A stretch of DNA of 64,000 nt from an uncultured Armatimonadetes bacterium (GTDB lineage Bacteria > Armatimonadota > UBA5829 > DTJY01), in NCBI GenBank assembly GCA_963717145.1, contig OY970325.1:320001-384000 (forward strand), written 5' to 3'. The notes beneath the pieces were generated by a model, which was not told where the DNA came from, made no database searches, and saw only the letters and a program-made list of their open reading frames with translations. The first letter of the stretch is position 1. Each line of letters opens with the position of its first letter. Shown here piece after piece: positions 21,070-31,046 of this stretch. The position numbers and the translations under genes were made by a program.

Positions 21070-21299
21070 CGGGCCTCACGCCTGTGGCCGCAAAGACCAT
21101 GGCGGCCGTGCTAAGGCGTCTTGGATTTGTGTTGATTCGTCGGCGTGGCAGCCACGCCTTCTACCGGCATCCGGATGGCAGGAGCACGGTTCTGGCGATG
21201 CACTCCGCCGTCGATCTCGGCAAGGGCGCCATACGCGGCATCCTGAAGAACATCGACATTTCCGTCGAGGAGTTCGAAGGTCTGAGAAAGACGGTCTAG
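21066..21299 (+). CDS. hicA: HicA-family toxin
   Basis: LGFVLIRRRGSHAFYRHPDGR. Confidence 0.88.
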   Translation: MTGLTPVAAKTMAAVLRRLGFVLIRRRGSHAFYRHPDGRSTVLAMHSAVDLGKGAIRGILKNIDISVEEFEGLRKTV

Positions 21300-21426
21300 C
21301 CTCATTGATGCGCGTCACAGGATTCACGAGGTTCCCGTTCCGCGTGGCACGCCGGACGATACTCTGAAAAGCGAGAAAGCCGAGGTCAGATGACCTCGGC
21401 TTTCTTTGAGTGCGTATCTGTTGAAA

Positions 21427-23911
21427 CTAGACCTTCTCGAGTTCCACTTCGCACGGTGTGGGCGATGGCGGTGCATTCACATCGACATCGATTCCACCGC
21501 GCTTGCTCCACAGAGTCGCGCCGGTGAGCGCGAGAACCGCGACCACAACGATCGCTGTCCGCGCGCCCGTGGAGATCGGATGGATCGCTATCGGTACGAC
21601 CAGGATCGCGACCAGGTTCATGACCTTGATCAGCGGGTTCAGCGCCGGGCCGGCGGTGTCCTTGAACGGATCGCCGACGGTGTCGCCGACGACGCGCCGC
21701 CTTGTGCTCCGGCGTGCCCTTGCCGCCGAACATGCCGTCCTCGATCTTCTTCTTGGCGTTGTCCCAGAGGCCGCCGGTGTTCGAGAGGAAGACCGCCATC
21801 AACTGGCCGGTGAGGATCGCGCCGGCCAGGAATCCGCCGAGCGCCGCCGCGCCTCTGAGCGGATCGCCGTAGCCGAGGCCGAAACCGACCAGGATCGGAG
21901 CGCTCACGGCCAGGACCGCCGGGCTCATGAGCTCCTTCTGAGCGGCAGCGGTCGAGATGGCAACGCACTTCTGGTAGTCCGGCTTGCCCTTGTCGGAGCC
22001 GGAGCGCGGATCGTAGTCCATGATGCCCGACGATCTCGCGGAACTGCCGGCGCACTTCCTCAACGAGCTGGAACGCCGCGCGGCTGACCGCGTTGATCGC
22101 GAACGAGCAGAACAGGAACGGCACCGCGCCGCCGATCAGCAGGCCGATGAACACCTCGGTCCAGTCGACGCGGATGCCGAGATCGAGCAGACTCGGCATC
22201 CGCCATGAACGAGCGGAAGAGCGCCGTCGCCGCGATGACCGCGGTGGCGATCGCCAGGCCCTTGGTGAGCGCCTTGGTCGTGTTGCCGACCGCGTCGAGC
22301 TTGGCGACGATCTTGTGCGCGTTGCTGTCCTCGCCGTCGTCCTTCAGCGCGCCGGACATCTCGAAGATGCCGTTCGCATTGTCGGAGATCGGGCCGTAGG
22401 TGTCCATCGCGAGCATGAAGCCCGTGGTGGCGAGCAGTCCGAGGCCGGAGAGCGCGATGCCGTAAGCGGCCATCGCAGGATCGCCCTTGAAGAGCAGCAT
22501 CGAGCCGAGAGCATGGCAACCGCAGATCGCCACGACGCCCCACACGCTCGACTCCAGGCCGGAGGCGAAACCGCTCAGGATGATCGTCGCAGGGCCGGTC
22601 TTGGCCGCCTTGGCGCACTCGGTGACCGGCTTCTTGTCGATCGCGGTGAAGTGCTCGGTCAGTCTTGTCGATGACCAGCGCGAGGATGATACCGATCAGG
22701 TTCGCGGCGGCGAATCTCCACCACTCGAATCCCGCGATCGGGAGCTTGATCTCGAAGATATAGTAGGAGACTCCGAAGAACCCGACGACCGCGATGGCTG
22801 CCGATGCCCAGAAGCCGATGTTGATCGGCTTCATCGGGTTCATGTTCATGTCGTCCTTGCCGCCCACGCAGTAGATGCCGATGATCGAGGCGACGACGCC
22901 GACCGCTCTGATGAGCAGCGGGTAGACCACCAGCGCCGAGGACGGCCATGACCGCCGCCGCCGACAGTCCAGGACCGGAAGCCGCCGCGCCGAGGATGAT
23001 CGCCGCCACCAGCGTGACCTCGTAGCACTCGAAGACGTCCGCCGCCATACCGGCGCAGTCGCCGACGTTGTCGCCGACGTTGTCGGCGATGGTGGCGGCG
23101 TTGCGGGGGTCGTCCTCCGGGATGCCCTGCTCGACCTTGCCGACCAGGTCAGCGCCCACGTCAGCGGCCTTGGTGTAGATGCCGCCGCCGATCCTCATGA
23201 ACAGGGCGGCGAGACATCCGCCGAATCCGAAGCCGATCAGGACCTTCATCGACTGCTGCCGAACAGGAAGAAAACAGCGCATGCGCCCAGCAGGCCGAGG
23301 CCGACCGTCGCCATGCCGGAGACGCCGCCCGCGCGGAACGCCACGTACAGCGCCTTCTTGAAGCTGGTCAGCGCGGCGTTGGCGACTCGGACGTTCGCCC
23401 GGACGGCCATCATCATGCCGATGTAGCCGGCCAGATACGATGCGGCCACGCCGAGCACGAAGGCGATGCTGACGCCCACGTACACCGGGATGAAACCGAA
23501 CACCCGGTCCATATATTGGAATTCCGGGATCGGCTTATACAGGAAGATCAGGCCGATCGCGATCACGATGACGAACCAGATCATCGTGGACACCTGGCGC
23601 TTCAGGTAGGCCATGGCGCCCTCCTGGACCGCGTGTGATACGCTGACCATTCCCTTCGATCCCGGGTCCTCTTTCATGATCTGCCGGAACCACAATCCGC
23701 CGAAGACGAGGCCGATGAGCGCACATATGAAGACGATAAGGACGCTCGGCCACATGATATCGAGCTTGCCGAATTCCGGCAGCGCGATGGCTTCGGACGC
23801 GTGTGCAGTACTCTTCAGCGCCAGCACACCGATAGTTGTGGCGGCAACAACCGCCGACCGACTGAACAATCCTCGGAGCAGGTCCGAGACGCGTTCGGTT
23901 GCGTGAAGCAT
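21427..23911 (-). pseudogene. hppA: Membrane-bound pyrophosphatase, K+-independent type, broken by about 6 frameshifts
   Basis: [42 protein letters not shown] and [10 protein letters not shown] lie in successive different frames (shifts near 23260, 22935, 22660, 22195, 22030, 21693). Confidence 0.85.
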
Positions 23912-23955
23912 GGTAGATGATTCCTCCTTCTCTCAGACTAAGCAGACCGGTCCTG

Positions 23956-24013
23956 ACCGGCCCGCATGTAATACCTCTTTGCCCGGGTGGAAACAGCGCT
24001 CGCTAACCCGGAC
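23956..24013 (-). ncRNA. Candidate structured 5' leader of hppA (possible Na+/Li+-type riboswitch)
   Basis: CCGGGTT..ACCCGG stem followed by ATGCGGGCCG, between the promoter and the hppA RBS. Family resemblance is from memory only. Confidence 0.3.
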
Positions 24014-24031
24014 TGGTGGCAAACCCTACCG

Positions 24032-24060
24032 ATTATAGGGACATCGACCTCCCATGTCAA
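24032..24060 (-). promoter_or_regulatory. Consensus sigma70 promoter for hppA
   Basis: Minus strand TTGACA-17 nt-TATAAT. Confidence 0.85.
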
Positions 24061-24242
24061 CCAATCGGAACCGTCTCCCAAGCGTCCCACCTCGACGTGT
24101 TCCCGAAGTTTGCCTGGTGGACAAAGGAGAGCCGCTTCGGTATAATGGGAGCTGCAACAGAGTTGCCCCGATGAGGGCAGATCGAGGTGGCGGTGTGGCG
24201 AACGGGTTCGACCTGGCGGTAGATGCCTCTGAGCGGGCGATC

Positions 24243-25007
24243 ATGCGGCAGATCAACAGCTTCTTCGGGTTCCTGGGAGAAGCTACCCTGGTCGCAGGCG
24301 GCGCGATCAGACACATCATCCAGGGTGAGGTCAGCGTCAAGGATACCGTCAGCCAGATGGCGAGTATCGGCGTGAATTCTATCCCGATCGTCGTCGTCAC
24401 AACCGCTTTCTCGGGAGCGGTCTTCGCACTCTATACGACACAGCTACTCGTTCAGTATGGCGCCGGCAATCTTGTCGGAGGAGGCATCTCACTCTCAGTG
24501 GCAAGGGAGCTGGCTCCGGTCCTGACCGCCATAGTTGTCGCCGCGCGAGCGGGATCGGCGATTGCGGCAGAGATCGGTACGATGAAAGTCACCGAGCAGA
24601 TAGATGCACTCCGGTCGCTCGGCACAAGTCCCATTCAGTACCTGGTCGTGCCGCGCTTCCTGGCTCTCATCATCATGCTGCCCGTGCTCACGATGATGGG
24701 GATGATCATAGGCAGCTTCGGCGGCTATGTCGTCGCGACTATGAACGGCGTTTCCGGACCGACCTACATGAACTCGACAAGAGTCTGGGTTCTTGTCTAT
24801 GATGTTGTGATGGGCCTGCTGAAGACGGTTTTCTTCGGTGCGTTCATAGCTACTGTCGGCACTCAGCAGGGACTGGCCACCACCGGCGGCGCTGCAGGAG
24901 TCGGCAACCGCACGATGAATGCCGTCGTCCTCTCGATGGTTCTCATCTATATCTCGAACTTCTTCCTGGCAGATATCATGTTCGGGGGAAGGGCGACGGG
25001 GTTCTGA
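24243..25007 (+). CDS. mlaE: MlaE-family ABC permease
   Basis: RELAPVLTAIVVAARAGSAIAAEIGTMKVTEQIDAL. Start site inferred. Confidence 0.92.
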   Translation: MRQINSFFGFLGEATLVAGGAIRHIIQGEVSVKDTVSQMASIGVNSIPIVVVTTAFSGAVFALYTTQLLVQYGAGNLVGGGISLSVARELAPVLTAIVVAARAGSAIAAEIGTMKVTEQIDALRSLGTSPIQYLVVPRFLALIIMLPVLTMMGMIIGSFGGYVVATMNGVSGPTYMNSTRVWVLVYDVVMGLLKTVFFGAFIATVGTQQGLATTGGAAGVGNRTMNAVVLSMVLIYISNFFLADIMFGGRATGF

Positions 25008-25020
25008 GAGAGTAGTCGGT

Positions 25021-25088
25021 TGTAGTGGCCGCGCCTCTGTGCCGGCCATACAATGGCGGATGGCCGGCACAGAGGCGCGGCCACTACA
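25021..25088. repeat. GTAG-type REP-like palindrome
   Basis: 29-bp perfect arms TGTAGTGGCCGCGCCTCTGTGCCGGCCAT; related copy at 55513. Confidence 0.85.
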
Positions 25089-25097
25089 GGGGTTGGA

Positions 25098-25853
25098 TTG
25101 ATTACTGTCCGAGGTCTGCACTATCGAGTTGATGGTCGAGAGATACTGAACGATGCGAACCTCCACGTCCGAGCGGGGGACACGGTTTCCGTAATGGGTA
25201 TATCCGGCTCAGGGAAGACGACGCTGCTCAAGATCATGTCGGGGCTGATCAGGCCCTCGTCCGGGCAGGTGATTCTCGATCAGACCGATACCACAAAGCT
25301 TCCTGAGCAGGAGTTGAACCGCATCAGGCACCGAGTCGGAGTCGTCTTCCAGTTTGGAGCGCTCTTCGACTCGATGACGGTCTATGAAAACGTGGCATTC
25401 GCTCTGTCGCGGCACACTCAGCTCAGTTCCGCGGAGATCGACGACATAGTGGCCCAGAAGCTGGAGTTGGTCGGGCTCCCGGGGACGGAGAGCCTGATGC
25501 CCTCGCAGTTAAGCGGGGGAATGAGAAAGCGAGTGGGGCTTGCACGGGCGATCGCGATGAACCCCCAGTTGCTGTTCTATGACGAGCCGACGAGCGGACT
25601 CGACCCGGTCATGACGAAGGTGATCGGGAACCAGATAACGGATATGAGGGATAAGCTGGGAGTCACTTCAGTGGTAGTATCCCATGACATAAAGAGCATT
25701 TTCTCGATCTCCGACCGGATAGCGATGCTCCACGAGGGGACGATCATCGCCTACGGGACGCCCGACGAGATCCGGGCGTCCGAGGACGAGAGGGTGCAGC
25801 AGTTCATCCAGGGCCGGGCCGAAGGTCCGATCCAGCCATCCATGAGGGAATGA
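25098..25853 (+). CDS. mlaF: MlaF-family ABC ATPase
   Basis: GISGSGKT, FQFGALFDS, LSGGMRKRV, DEPTSGLDP. TTG start inferred. Confidence 0.92.
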   Translation: MITVRGLHYRVDGREILNDANLHVRAGDTVSVMGISGSGKTTLLKIMSGLIRPSSGQVILDQTDTTKLPEQELNRIRHRVGVVFQFGALFDSMTVYENVAFALSRHTQLSSAEIDDIVAQKLELVGLPGTESLMPSQLSGGMRKRVGLARAIAMNPQLLFYDEPTSGLDPVMTKVIGNQITDMRDKLGVTSVVVSHDIKSIFSISDRIAMLHEGTIIAYGTPDEIRASEDERVQQFIQGRAEGPIQPSMRE

Positions 25854-25860
25854 CGATATC

Positions 25861-27183
25861 ATGGCGATAAGGCCAGCAGTAAGAGTCGGCATACTGGTTT
25901 TTCTGGCGTTCGTAGCATTCGTTCTGGTGTTCCTGTTCCTCAGAGGCTATGCGCTTCTCGCGAACAGATACATCGTCGTCGTCACGTTCGACAATGCGCT
26001 GGGGCTCATCGAGGGTGCGGAAGTCAGGATGGCCGGTGTCCCGATAGGACGAGTCGCCAGCGTGACGCTTGATGAAAACCAACGTGCCAGAGCCGTTCTG
26101 GATATAAACCGCAAGTATCGCATACCGAAGGGATCCAAGTTCATCATACAGACCGGTCTCCTGATCTCTCAGCAGTTCGTTGAGGTCTTCCCGAACCGAA
26201 AGGGGAAGGAGTACATCAGGGACGGGGCCAAGCTGGAAGGCGAGATGCCGGTAAGAGTGGAAGAACTTCTGCCCAGGGCTGTGGTCATCCTCGACAACCT
26301 GGCCGAGTCAACTGCCCATCTGAGGAATCTCGTCGGCGACGAGTACTTCCAGCATGACGTTCGGCAATCAGCCAGGAACATCGAGGAACTGACCGCCAAG
26401 CTGGACAAGACCGTGGGGCTCATCCAGGGCAACATGATCCGCTCCCGGGACGACTTCGACGCCATCGTGTCGAACCTGCGACTCGCCAGCTCAAACGTTC
26501 GGAATATGACGGCGGATCTCGAGTCCTTCGTCTCGGATTCCGAGCTTCAGGGGAATATGCGGGAGACTCTGGTCGCTGCTCGGCGATCGGCCGAGACACT
26601 TGAGGAGGTTGCTGCAAGTGTCGAACGTTCGGCGACGAGCATCGAGGCACTGGTAACCGCCCCGGAGTTTCAGAAGGATATTCGCGAGACCGTTTCCGAT
26701 GCGAGGCAGACGGTCGAGGCGGCTCGTGATGCCGTGGAACGGGTGAACAAGCTGCTCGGCGGTGGCGGCGGACCGAAGTTCAAGATTCCGACCAGGGATA
26801 CGAATCTGGACGTGCTCTACGTCCCGGACGACGACAGGTTGCGAGTAGACCTGGCGACCTCGGTCCCGCTCTCCGACAGCGGGTTCCTCTCGCTCGGCCT
26901 GTACGATCTGGGGGTCAGCAACAAGCTGATCCTTCAGGCGGGAAAGCCTCTCGGAAGCAGGACCGATCTGCGCTATGGCCTGTACGCGTCCCGACTGGGG
27001 GTCGGGTTGGACTATAACTTCTCGCCGAGATCGTTCGGGCGCCTCGATCTCTACGATACGGAGAATACCAAGCTGAACATGCGGGCCGGTTATCGTTTCA
27101 GCGAGAGCCTCGGCATGCTGATAGGCGTTGACGACTTGCTTGGCGAGAACAAGGCGACCATCGGCCTGCAGTTTGCCAGATAA
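25861..27183 (+). CDS. mlaD: MlaD/MCE protein with long helical region and C-terminal beta-rich domain
   Basis: TM helix, then FDNALGLIEGAEVRMAGVPIGRV; ends in alternating beta strands. Confidence 0.85.
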   Translation: MAIRPAVRVGILVFLAFVAFVLVFLFLRGYALLANRYIVVVTFDNALGLIEGAEVRMAGVPIGRVASVTLDENQRARAVLDINRKYRIPKGSKFIIQTGLLISQQFVEVFPNRKGKEYIRDGAKLEGEMPVRVEELLPRAVVILDNLAESTAHLRNLVGDEYFQHDVRQSARNIEELTAKLDKTVGLIQGNMIRSRDDFDAIVSNLRLASSNVRNMTADLESFVSDSELQGNMRETLVAARRSAETLEEVAASVERSATSIEALVTAPEFQKDIRETVSDARQTVEAARDAVERVNKLLGGGGGPKFKIPTRDTNLDVLYVPDDDRLRVDLATSVPLSDSGFLSLGLYDLGVSNKLILQAGKPLGSRTDLRYGLYASRLGVGLDYNFSPRSFGRLDLYDTENTKLNMRAGYRFSESLGMLIGVDDLLGENKATIGLQFAR

Positions 27184-27213
27184 CGGCCGTGCATTGTGCC
27201 GGCCATTCACAGA

Positions 27214-27280
27214 TGTAGGGGCGAAACATTTGCCCACCTTGTAGATCGTGCTGCCGGACCTGGAGCAAATGGTTCGCCCG
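27214..27280. repeat. Degenerate GTAG-type REP-like element
   Basis: TGTAGGGGCGAAACATTTGC ... GCAAATGGTTCGCCC. Confidence 0.6.
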
Positions 27281-27303
27281 GCGAGGAGTAGAAGGGAGAA
27301 AAC

Positions 27304-27750
27304 ATGAAAGTTATACTAGTACGAGAGGTCAAGAGTCTGGGGAAGCCGGACGATATCGTGAACGTCGCCGAAGGTTATGCGAGGAACTTCCTGTTCCCTC
27401 GCCAGTTGGCTGTACCGGCGGATGCCGGTCACATGGCCGAGTTGGAAAAGCGGCGCAAGAAGGAAGAGCTGAAAGGCGAGAAACTCCTCGAAGAAGGCAA
27501 GTCACTCGGAGAGAAGCTCGAGGGCAAGCACGTCACGATCAAGGGCAAGGTCGGCCAGGGCACGAAGCTATATGGCGCGATCACCTCTGCCGATATTGTC
27601 GAAGCCATTCAGGCGCAACTCGACCTGAAGGTCGACAAGCGCAAGATCGAGACCGAGGACGCGATCAAGACCATCGGCTCTCATGACATCAAGATCCACC
27701 TCCATCGGGATGTGATCGTAGGCATGCAGGTCGAGGTAGTGGGGGAGTAA
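27304..27750 (+). CDS. rplI: 50S ribosomal protein L9
   Basis: MKVIL..GYARNFLFP..KLYGAIT. Confidence 0.97.
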   Translation: MKVILVREVKSLGKPDDIVNVAEGYARNFLFPRQLAVPADAGHMAELEKRRKKEELKGEKLLEEGKSLGEKLEGKHVTIKGKVGQGTKLYGAITSADIVEAIQAQLDLKVDKRKIETEDAIKTIGSHDIKIHLHRDVIVGMQVEVVGE

Positions 27751-27759
27751 CAACTCCTC

Positions 27760-27838
27760 CCTCATACTCCTACTCGTACTCGTAATCGTACTCGAAACGG
27801 CCTTGAGTATGAGTATGAGTAGGAATAGGAGTATGAGG
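27760..27838. repeat. Inverted arrays of 6-mer units (TACTCG / GAGTAT)
   Basis: CTCATACTCCTACTCGTACTCG ... GAGTATGAGTATGAGTAGG. Confidence 0.8.
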
Positions 27839-27855
27839 CAGAGCAGACAAGAACT

Positions 27856-29253
27856 ATGCAGGCAACACAGCTACTTGATCGAGTCCCACCGCAGAACCTC
27901 GAAGCCGAGCAGTCGACGCTCGGCTCGATGATGATCGACCGATCCGCCCTGGAGAAAGGTCTCGACATCCTCCATCCCGAGGACTTCTACCGGGAGGCGC
28001 ATCAGGTTATCTTCAAGGCGCTCATGTCGCTCGCCGAGCGGGATGAGGCGGTCGATATCATCACCATGCAGGAGGAGCTTCGTGGCAGCGGCAAGCTCGA
28101 CGCCGTCGGTGGCATCGACTACGTCATGACGCTGATCGACATGGTGCCGACCGCGTCGAACGTCGAGTATTACGCGCACATCGTCGAAGAGAAGGCGATC
28201 CTCCGCCGCCTGATCGACGCCTCGATGCAGATCATCGGCATGAGCCACGGCGAAGTCGAGAGCGTCGATGACGTCGTGGACAAGTCCGAGCGCATGATCT
28301 TCCAGGTCTCCCAACGAAGGATCGGGCAGTACTTCTTCCCCATCAGCAGTCTCTCTCAGGAGGCGTTCGAGCGCATCGAGAAGCAGTACAACGAGAAGGC
28401 CAAGGTCTCCGGGCTTCCGACCGGCTTCCACGACCTCGACAGCATCACATCCGGCCTGCAGACCTCCGACCTGGTCATCGTCGCCGCTCGTCCTTCCATG
28501 GGCAAGACCGCGTTCGCGCTCGATATCGCCCGGCATACGGCCATCAAGGAGCAGAAGCCGGTTGCCGTGTTCAGCCTCGAAATGTCGAAGGAGCAGCTTA
28601 CCCTCCGCCTGATCTGTTCCGAGTCGCACGTCGATGCGCACCGCCTTCGTACCGGCTACATGGAGAACCGCGACTGGCCGAAGCTCGCCGACGGAGTCGG
28701 CAGGCTCTACACCGCTCCACTCTATATCGACGACACGACCGATTGCACCGCGCTTCAGATGCGCTCGAAGTGCCGGCGGCTGAAGGCCGAACATGGGCTC
28801 AGTCTCGTGGTAGTCGACTACCTCCAGTTGATGCAGTCACACCGCAGGGTCGATAACCGCACCCAGGAGATCGCGGAGATAGCTCGCGCGCTGAAGAGCC
28901 TTGCCCGCGAGATGCAGGTGCCCGTGATCGCTTGCGCCCAGCTCAGCCGCGCGGTTGAGCAGAGGCAGGACAAGCGGCCGATGCTCTCCGACCTCAGGGA
29001 GAGTGGATCGATCGAGGCCGAGGCGGATGTCGTCATGTTCCTTTACCGCTCGGACTACTACAAGCAGAAAGAAATCATCATGGACGATGAGGGAGCGCCG
29101 GAGGACCAGCCGCCGGTGGACGGGGCTGAGAAAGACATCACGGAGATCATCATCGGCAAGCAGCGGAACGGTCCGACCGGCATGATCAGGTTGAAGTTTC
29201 TGCCGCAATACACCTGTTTCGGCAATCTGGCATCGCAAAGGGAGGGACGTTGA
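27856..29253 (+). CDS. dnaB: Replicative DNA helicase
   Basis: PPQNLEAEQ, AARPSMGKT, VDYLQL, SDLRESGSIE, KQRNGP. Confidence 0.98.
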   Translation: MQATQLLDRVPPQNLEAEQSTLGSMMIDRSALEKGLDILHPEDFYREAHQVIFKALMSLAERDEAVDIITMQEELRGSGKLDAVGGIDYVMTLIDMVPTASNVEYYAHIVEEKAILRRLIDASMQIIGMSHGEVESVDDVVDKSERMIFQVSQRRIGQYFFPISSLSQEAFERIEKQYNEKAKVSGLPTGFHDLDSITSGLQTSDLVIVAARPSMGKTAFALDIARHTAIKEQKPVAVFSLEMSKEQLTLRLICSESHVDAHRLRTGYMENRDWPKLADGVGRLYTAPLYIDDTTDCTALQMRSKCRRLKAEHGLSLVVVDYLQLMQSHRRVDNRTQEIAEIARALKSLAREMQVPVIACAQLSRAVEQRQDKRPMLSDLRESGSIEAEADVVMFLYRSDYYKQKEIIMDDEGAPEDQPPVDGAEKDITEIIIGKQRNGPTGMIRLKFLPQYTCFGNLASQREGR

Positions 29254-30539
29254 TGAACGTGCTGATCGTCGGCTCGGGTGGACGCGAGCATGCCCTGGCC
29301 TGGAAAGTCGCGCAGAGTCGCAAGGTCGAAAGGCTCTTCTGCGCCCCGGGGAACGCGGGGATGGCTCAACTCGGCGATTGCGTGGACATCAAGGCGACGG
29401 ACATCCCCGCACTGCTCGATTTCGCCAGGATGAATCGCGTGGAGTTGGCGATCGTCGGCCCGGAGTCGCCGCTGATCAAGGGTCTCTCCGACCAACTTCG
29501 TGCCGCGGGTATCCGCACGTTCGGTCCCAGCCAGGCCGCCGCCGCCATAGAAGGCAGCAAAGTCTTCTCGAAGCAGCTCATGGCGAAGTACGGAATTCCA
29601 ACCGCCGGCTTCGACGTCTTCGATGCTCCCGGGCCTGCGCGCGCACACATCGAGCGCATTTCCGGCAGTTCCGGCGCATGTCCGATCGTGGTCAAGGCCG
29701 ATGGTGAGGCCGCCGGGAAGGGCGTGTTCGTCTGCGACACCAGGGACGAGGCGCTCTCCGCGATCGAGACCATCATGGTCGAGCGGGCTTTCGGCGAGTC
29801 CGGCGACCGGATCGTGATCGAGGAGCGCATGGAGGGCCAGGAGGCGTCCCTGATGGCGATCACCGACGGCGTGACCGTCGTCCCGATGACGCCCGTTCAG
29901 GACTACAAGCGCGCGCATGACGATGACAAGGGGCCGAATACGGGTGGAATGGGATGCTACACGCCGGTTCCGATCGTGACCGCCGAGATCTTCGAATACT
30001 CGCTGGAAAAACTCATCAAGCCGACGATCGACGCCATGAGGGCCGAGGGCAGGCCGTATACCGGCGTGCTATACACCGGCATCATGCTTACCAAGGACGG
30101 CCCGAAGGTGTTGGAGTACAACTGCCGCTTCGGCGATCCGGAGACTCAAGTCGCGCTCCCGATGCTGCAGACCGACCTGATCGAGGTGATCGAGGCGTCT
30201 ATTGACGGTCGGCTCGACTCGCTCGACATTAGATGCTATAATGGATGTGCCGTGTGCGTCGTGTTGGCATCCGGCGGCTACCCGGGCAAGTACGAAACGG
30301 GCAAGCCGATCACCGGCTTGGAGGACGCCGCCTCGATCGAGGGAGTGACCGTCTTTCACGCGGGCACGAAGCTCGTCGGCGGTGAGGTCGTGACGGCCGG
30401 GGGGCGCGTGCTCGGAGTCACAGGCATGGGCGAGTCGTTCCGCGAGGCCCGAGACAAGGCCTATGCGGGGGTCGGCCGGATTAAGTTTGAAGGCATGCAC
30501 TACCGTAAGGATATTGGCAGGAGGGAAGGGCTGAGATAG
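29253..30539 (+). CDS. purD: Phosphoribosylamine-glycine ligase
   Basis: GSGGREHAL, GPNTGGMG, RFGDPETQ. Confidence 0.97.
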   Translation: MNVLIVGSGGREHALAWKVAQSRKVERLFCAPGNAGMAQLGDCVDIKATDIPALLDFARMNRVELAIVGPESPLIKGLSDQLRAAGIRTFGPSQAAAAIEGSKVFSKQLMAKYGIPTAGFDVFDAPGPARAHIERISGSSGACPIVVKADGEAAGKGVFVCDTRDEALSAIETIMVERAFGESGDRIVIEERMEGQEASLMAITDGVTVVPMTPVQDYKRAHDDDKGPNTGGMGCYTPVPIVTAEIFEYSLEKLIKPTIDAMRAEGRPYTGVLYTGIMLTKDGPKVLEYNCRFGDPETQVALPMLQTDLIEVIEASIDGRLDSLDIRCYNGCAVCVVLASGGYPGKYETGKPITGLEDAASIEGVTVFHAGTKLVGGEVVTAGGRVLGVTGMGESFREARDKAYAGVGRIKFEGMHYRKDIGRREGLR

Positions 30540-31013
30540 TTGACCGGTAAAGTCGCCATCATCATGGGGAGCGATTCCGATCTCCCCGTCATGCAAGACG
30601 CAGCGGATATGCTCAAGGACCTCGGCGTTCAGTGCGAGGTCACAATTGTCTCTGCGCATAGAAGCCCTCACTTGGCGGCATCATTCGCCGAGGGGGCAGA
30701 GGTCGCCGGGTTCGACGCCATCATCGCCGGCGCAGGTGGAGCCGCTCACCTGGCGGGAGTTGTGGCATCATTGACCCCGCTGCCGGTGATCGGAGTGCCG
30801 ATCAAGTCAGCAGCGCTGAACGGCATGGACTCGCTGCTCTCGATCGTCCAGATGCCCTCGGGCGTCCCGGTGGCGACCGTCGGCATCAATGGCGCGAAGA
30901 ACGCAGGCATACTCGCCGCTCAGATGCTCAGCCTGAAGTATCCCGAGCTGCGTCAGAAGATAAAGGAATACAAGGCCAAGCTCGAAAAGACCATCGAGGC
31001 TAAGAACAGATAG
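30540..31013 (+). CDS. purE: N5-CAIR mutase
   Basis: [24 protein letters not shown]. Confidence 0.97.
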   Translation: MTGKVAIIMGSDSDLPVMQDAADMLKDLGVQCEVTIVSAHRSPHLAASFAEGAEVAGFDAIIAGAGGAAHLAGVVASLTPLPVIGVPIKSAALNGMDSLLSIVQMPSGVPVATVGINGAKNAGILAAQMLSLKYPELRQKIKEYKAKLEKTIEAKNR

Positions 31014-31015
31014 GC

Positions 31016-31046
31016 ACTTTCGACTCTAGACTCTAGACTTTCGACT
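31016..31046. repeat. 7-mer tandem array between purE and purB
   Basis: ACTTTCG ACTCTAG ACTCTAG ACTTTCG ACT, directly before the purB ATG. Confidence 0.8.

Noticed and set aside
27856-29253. Intein in dnaB
   Set aside because: Normal length (465 aa) with contiguous motifs.
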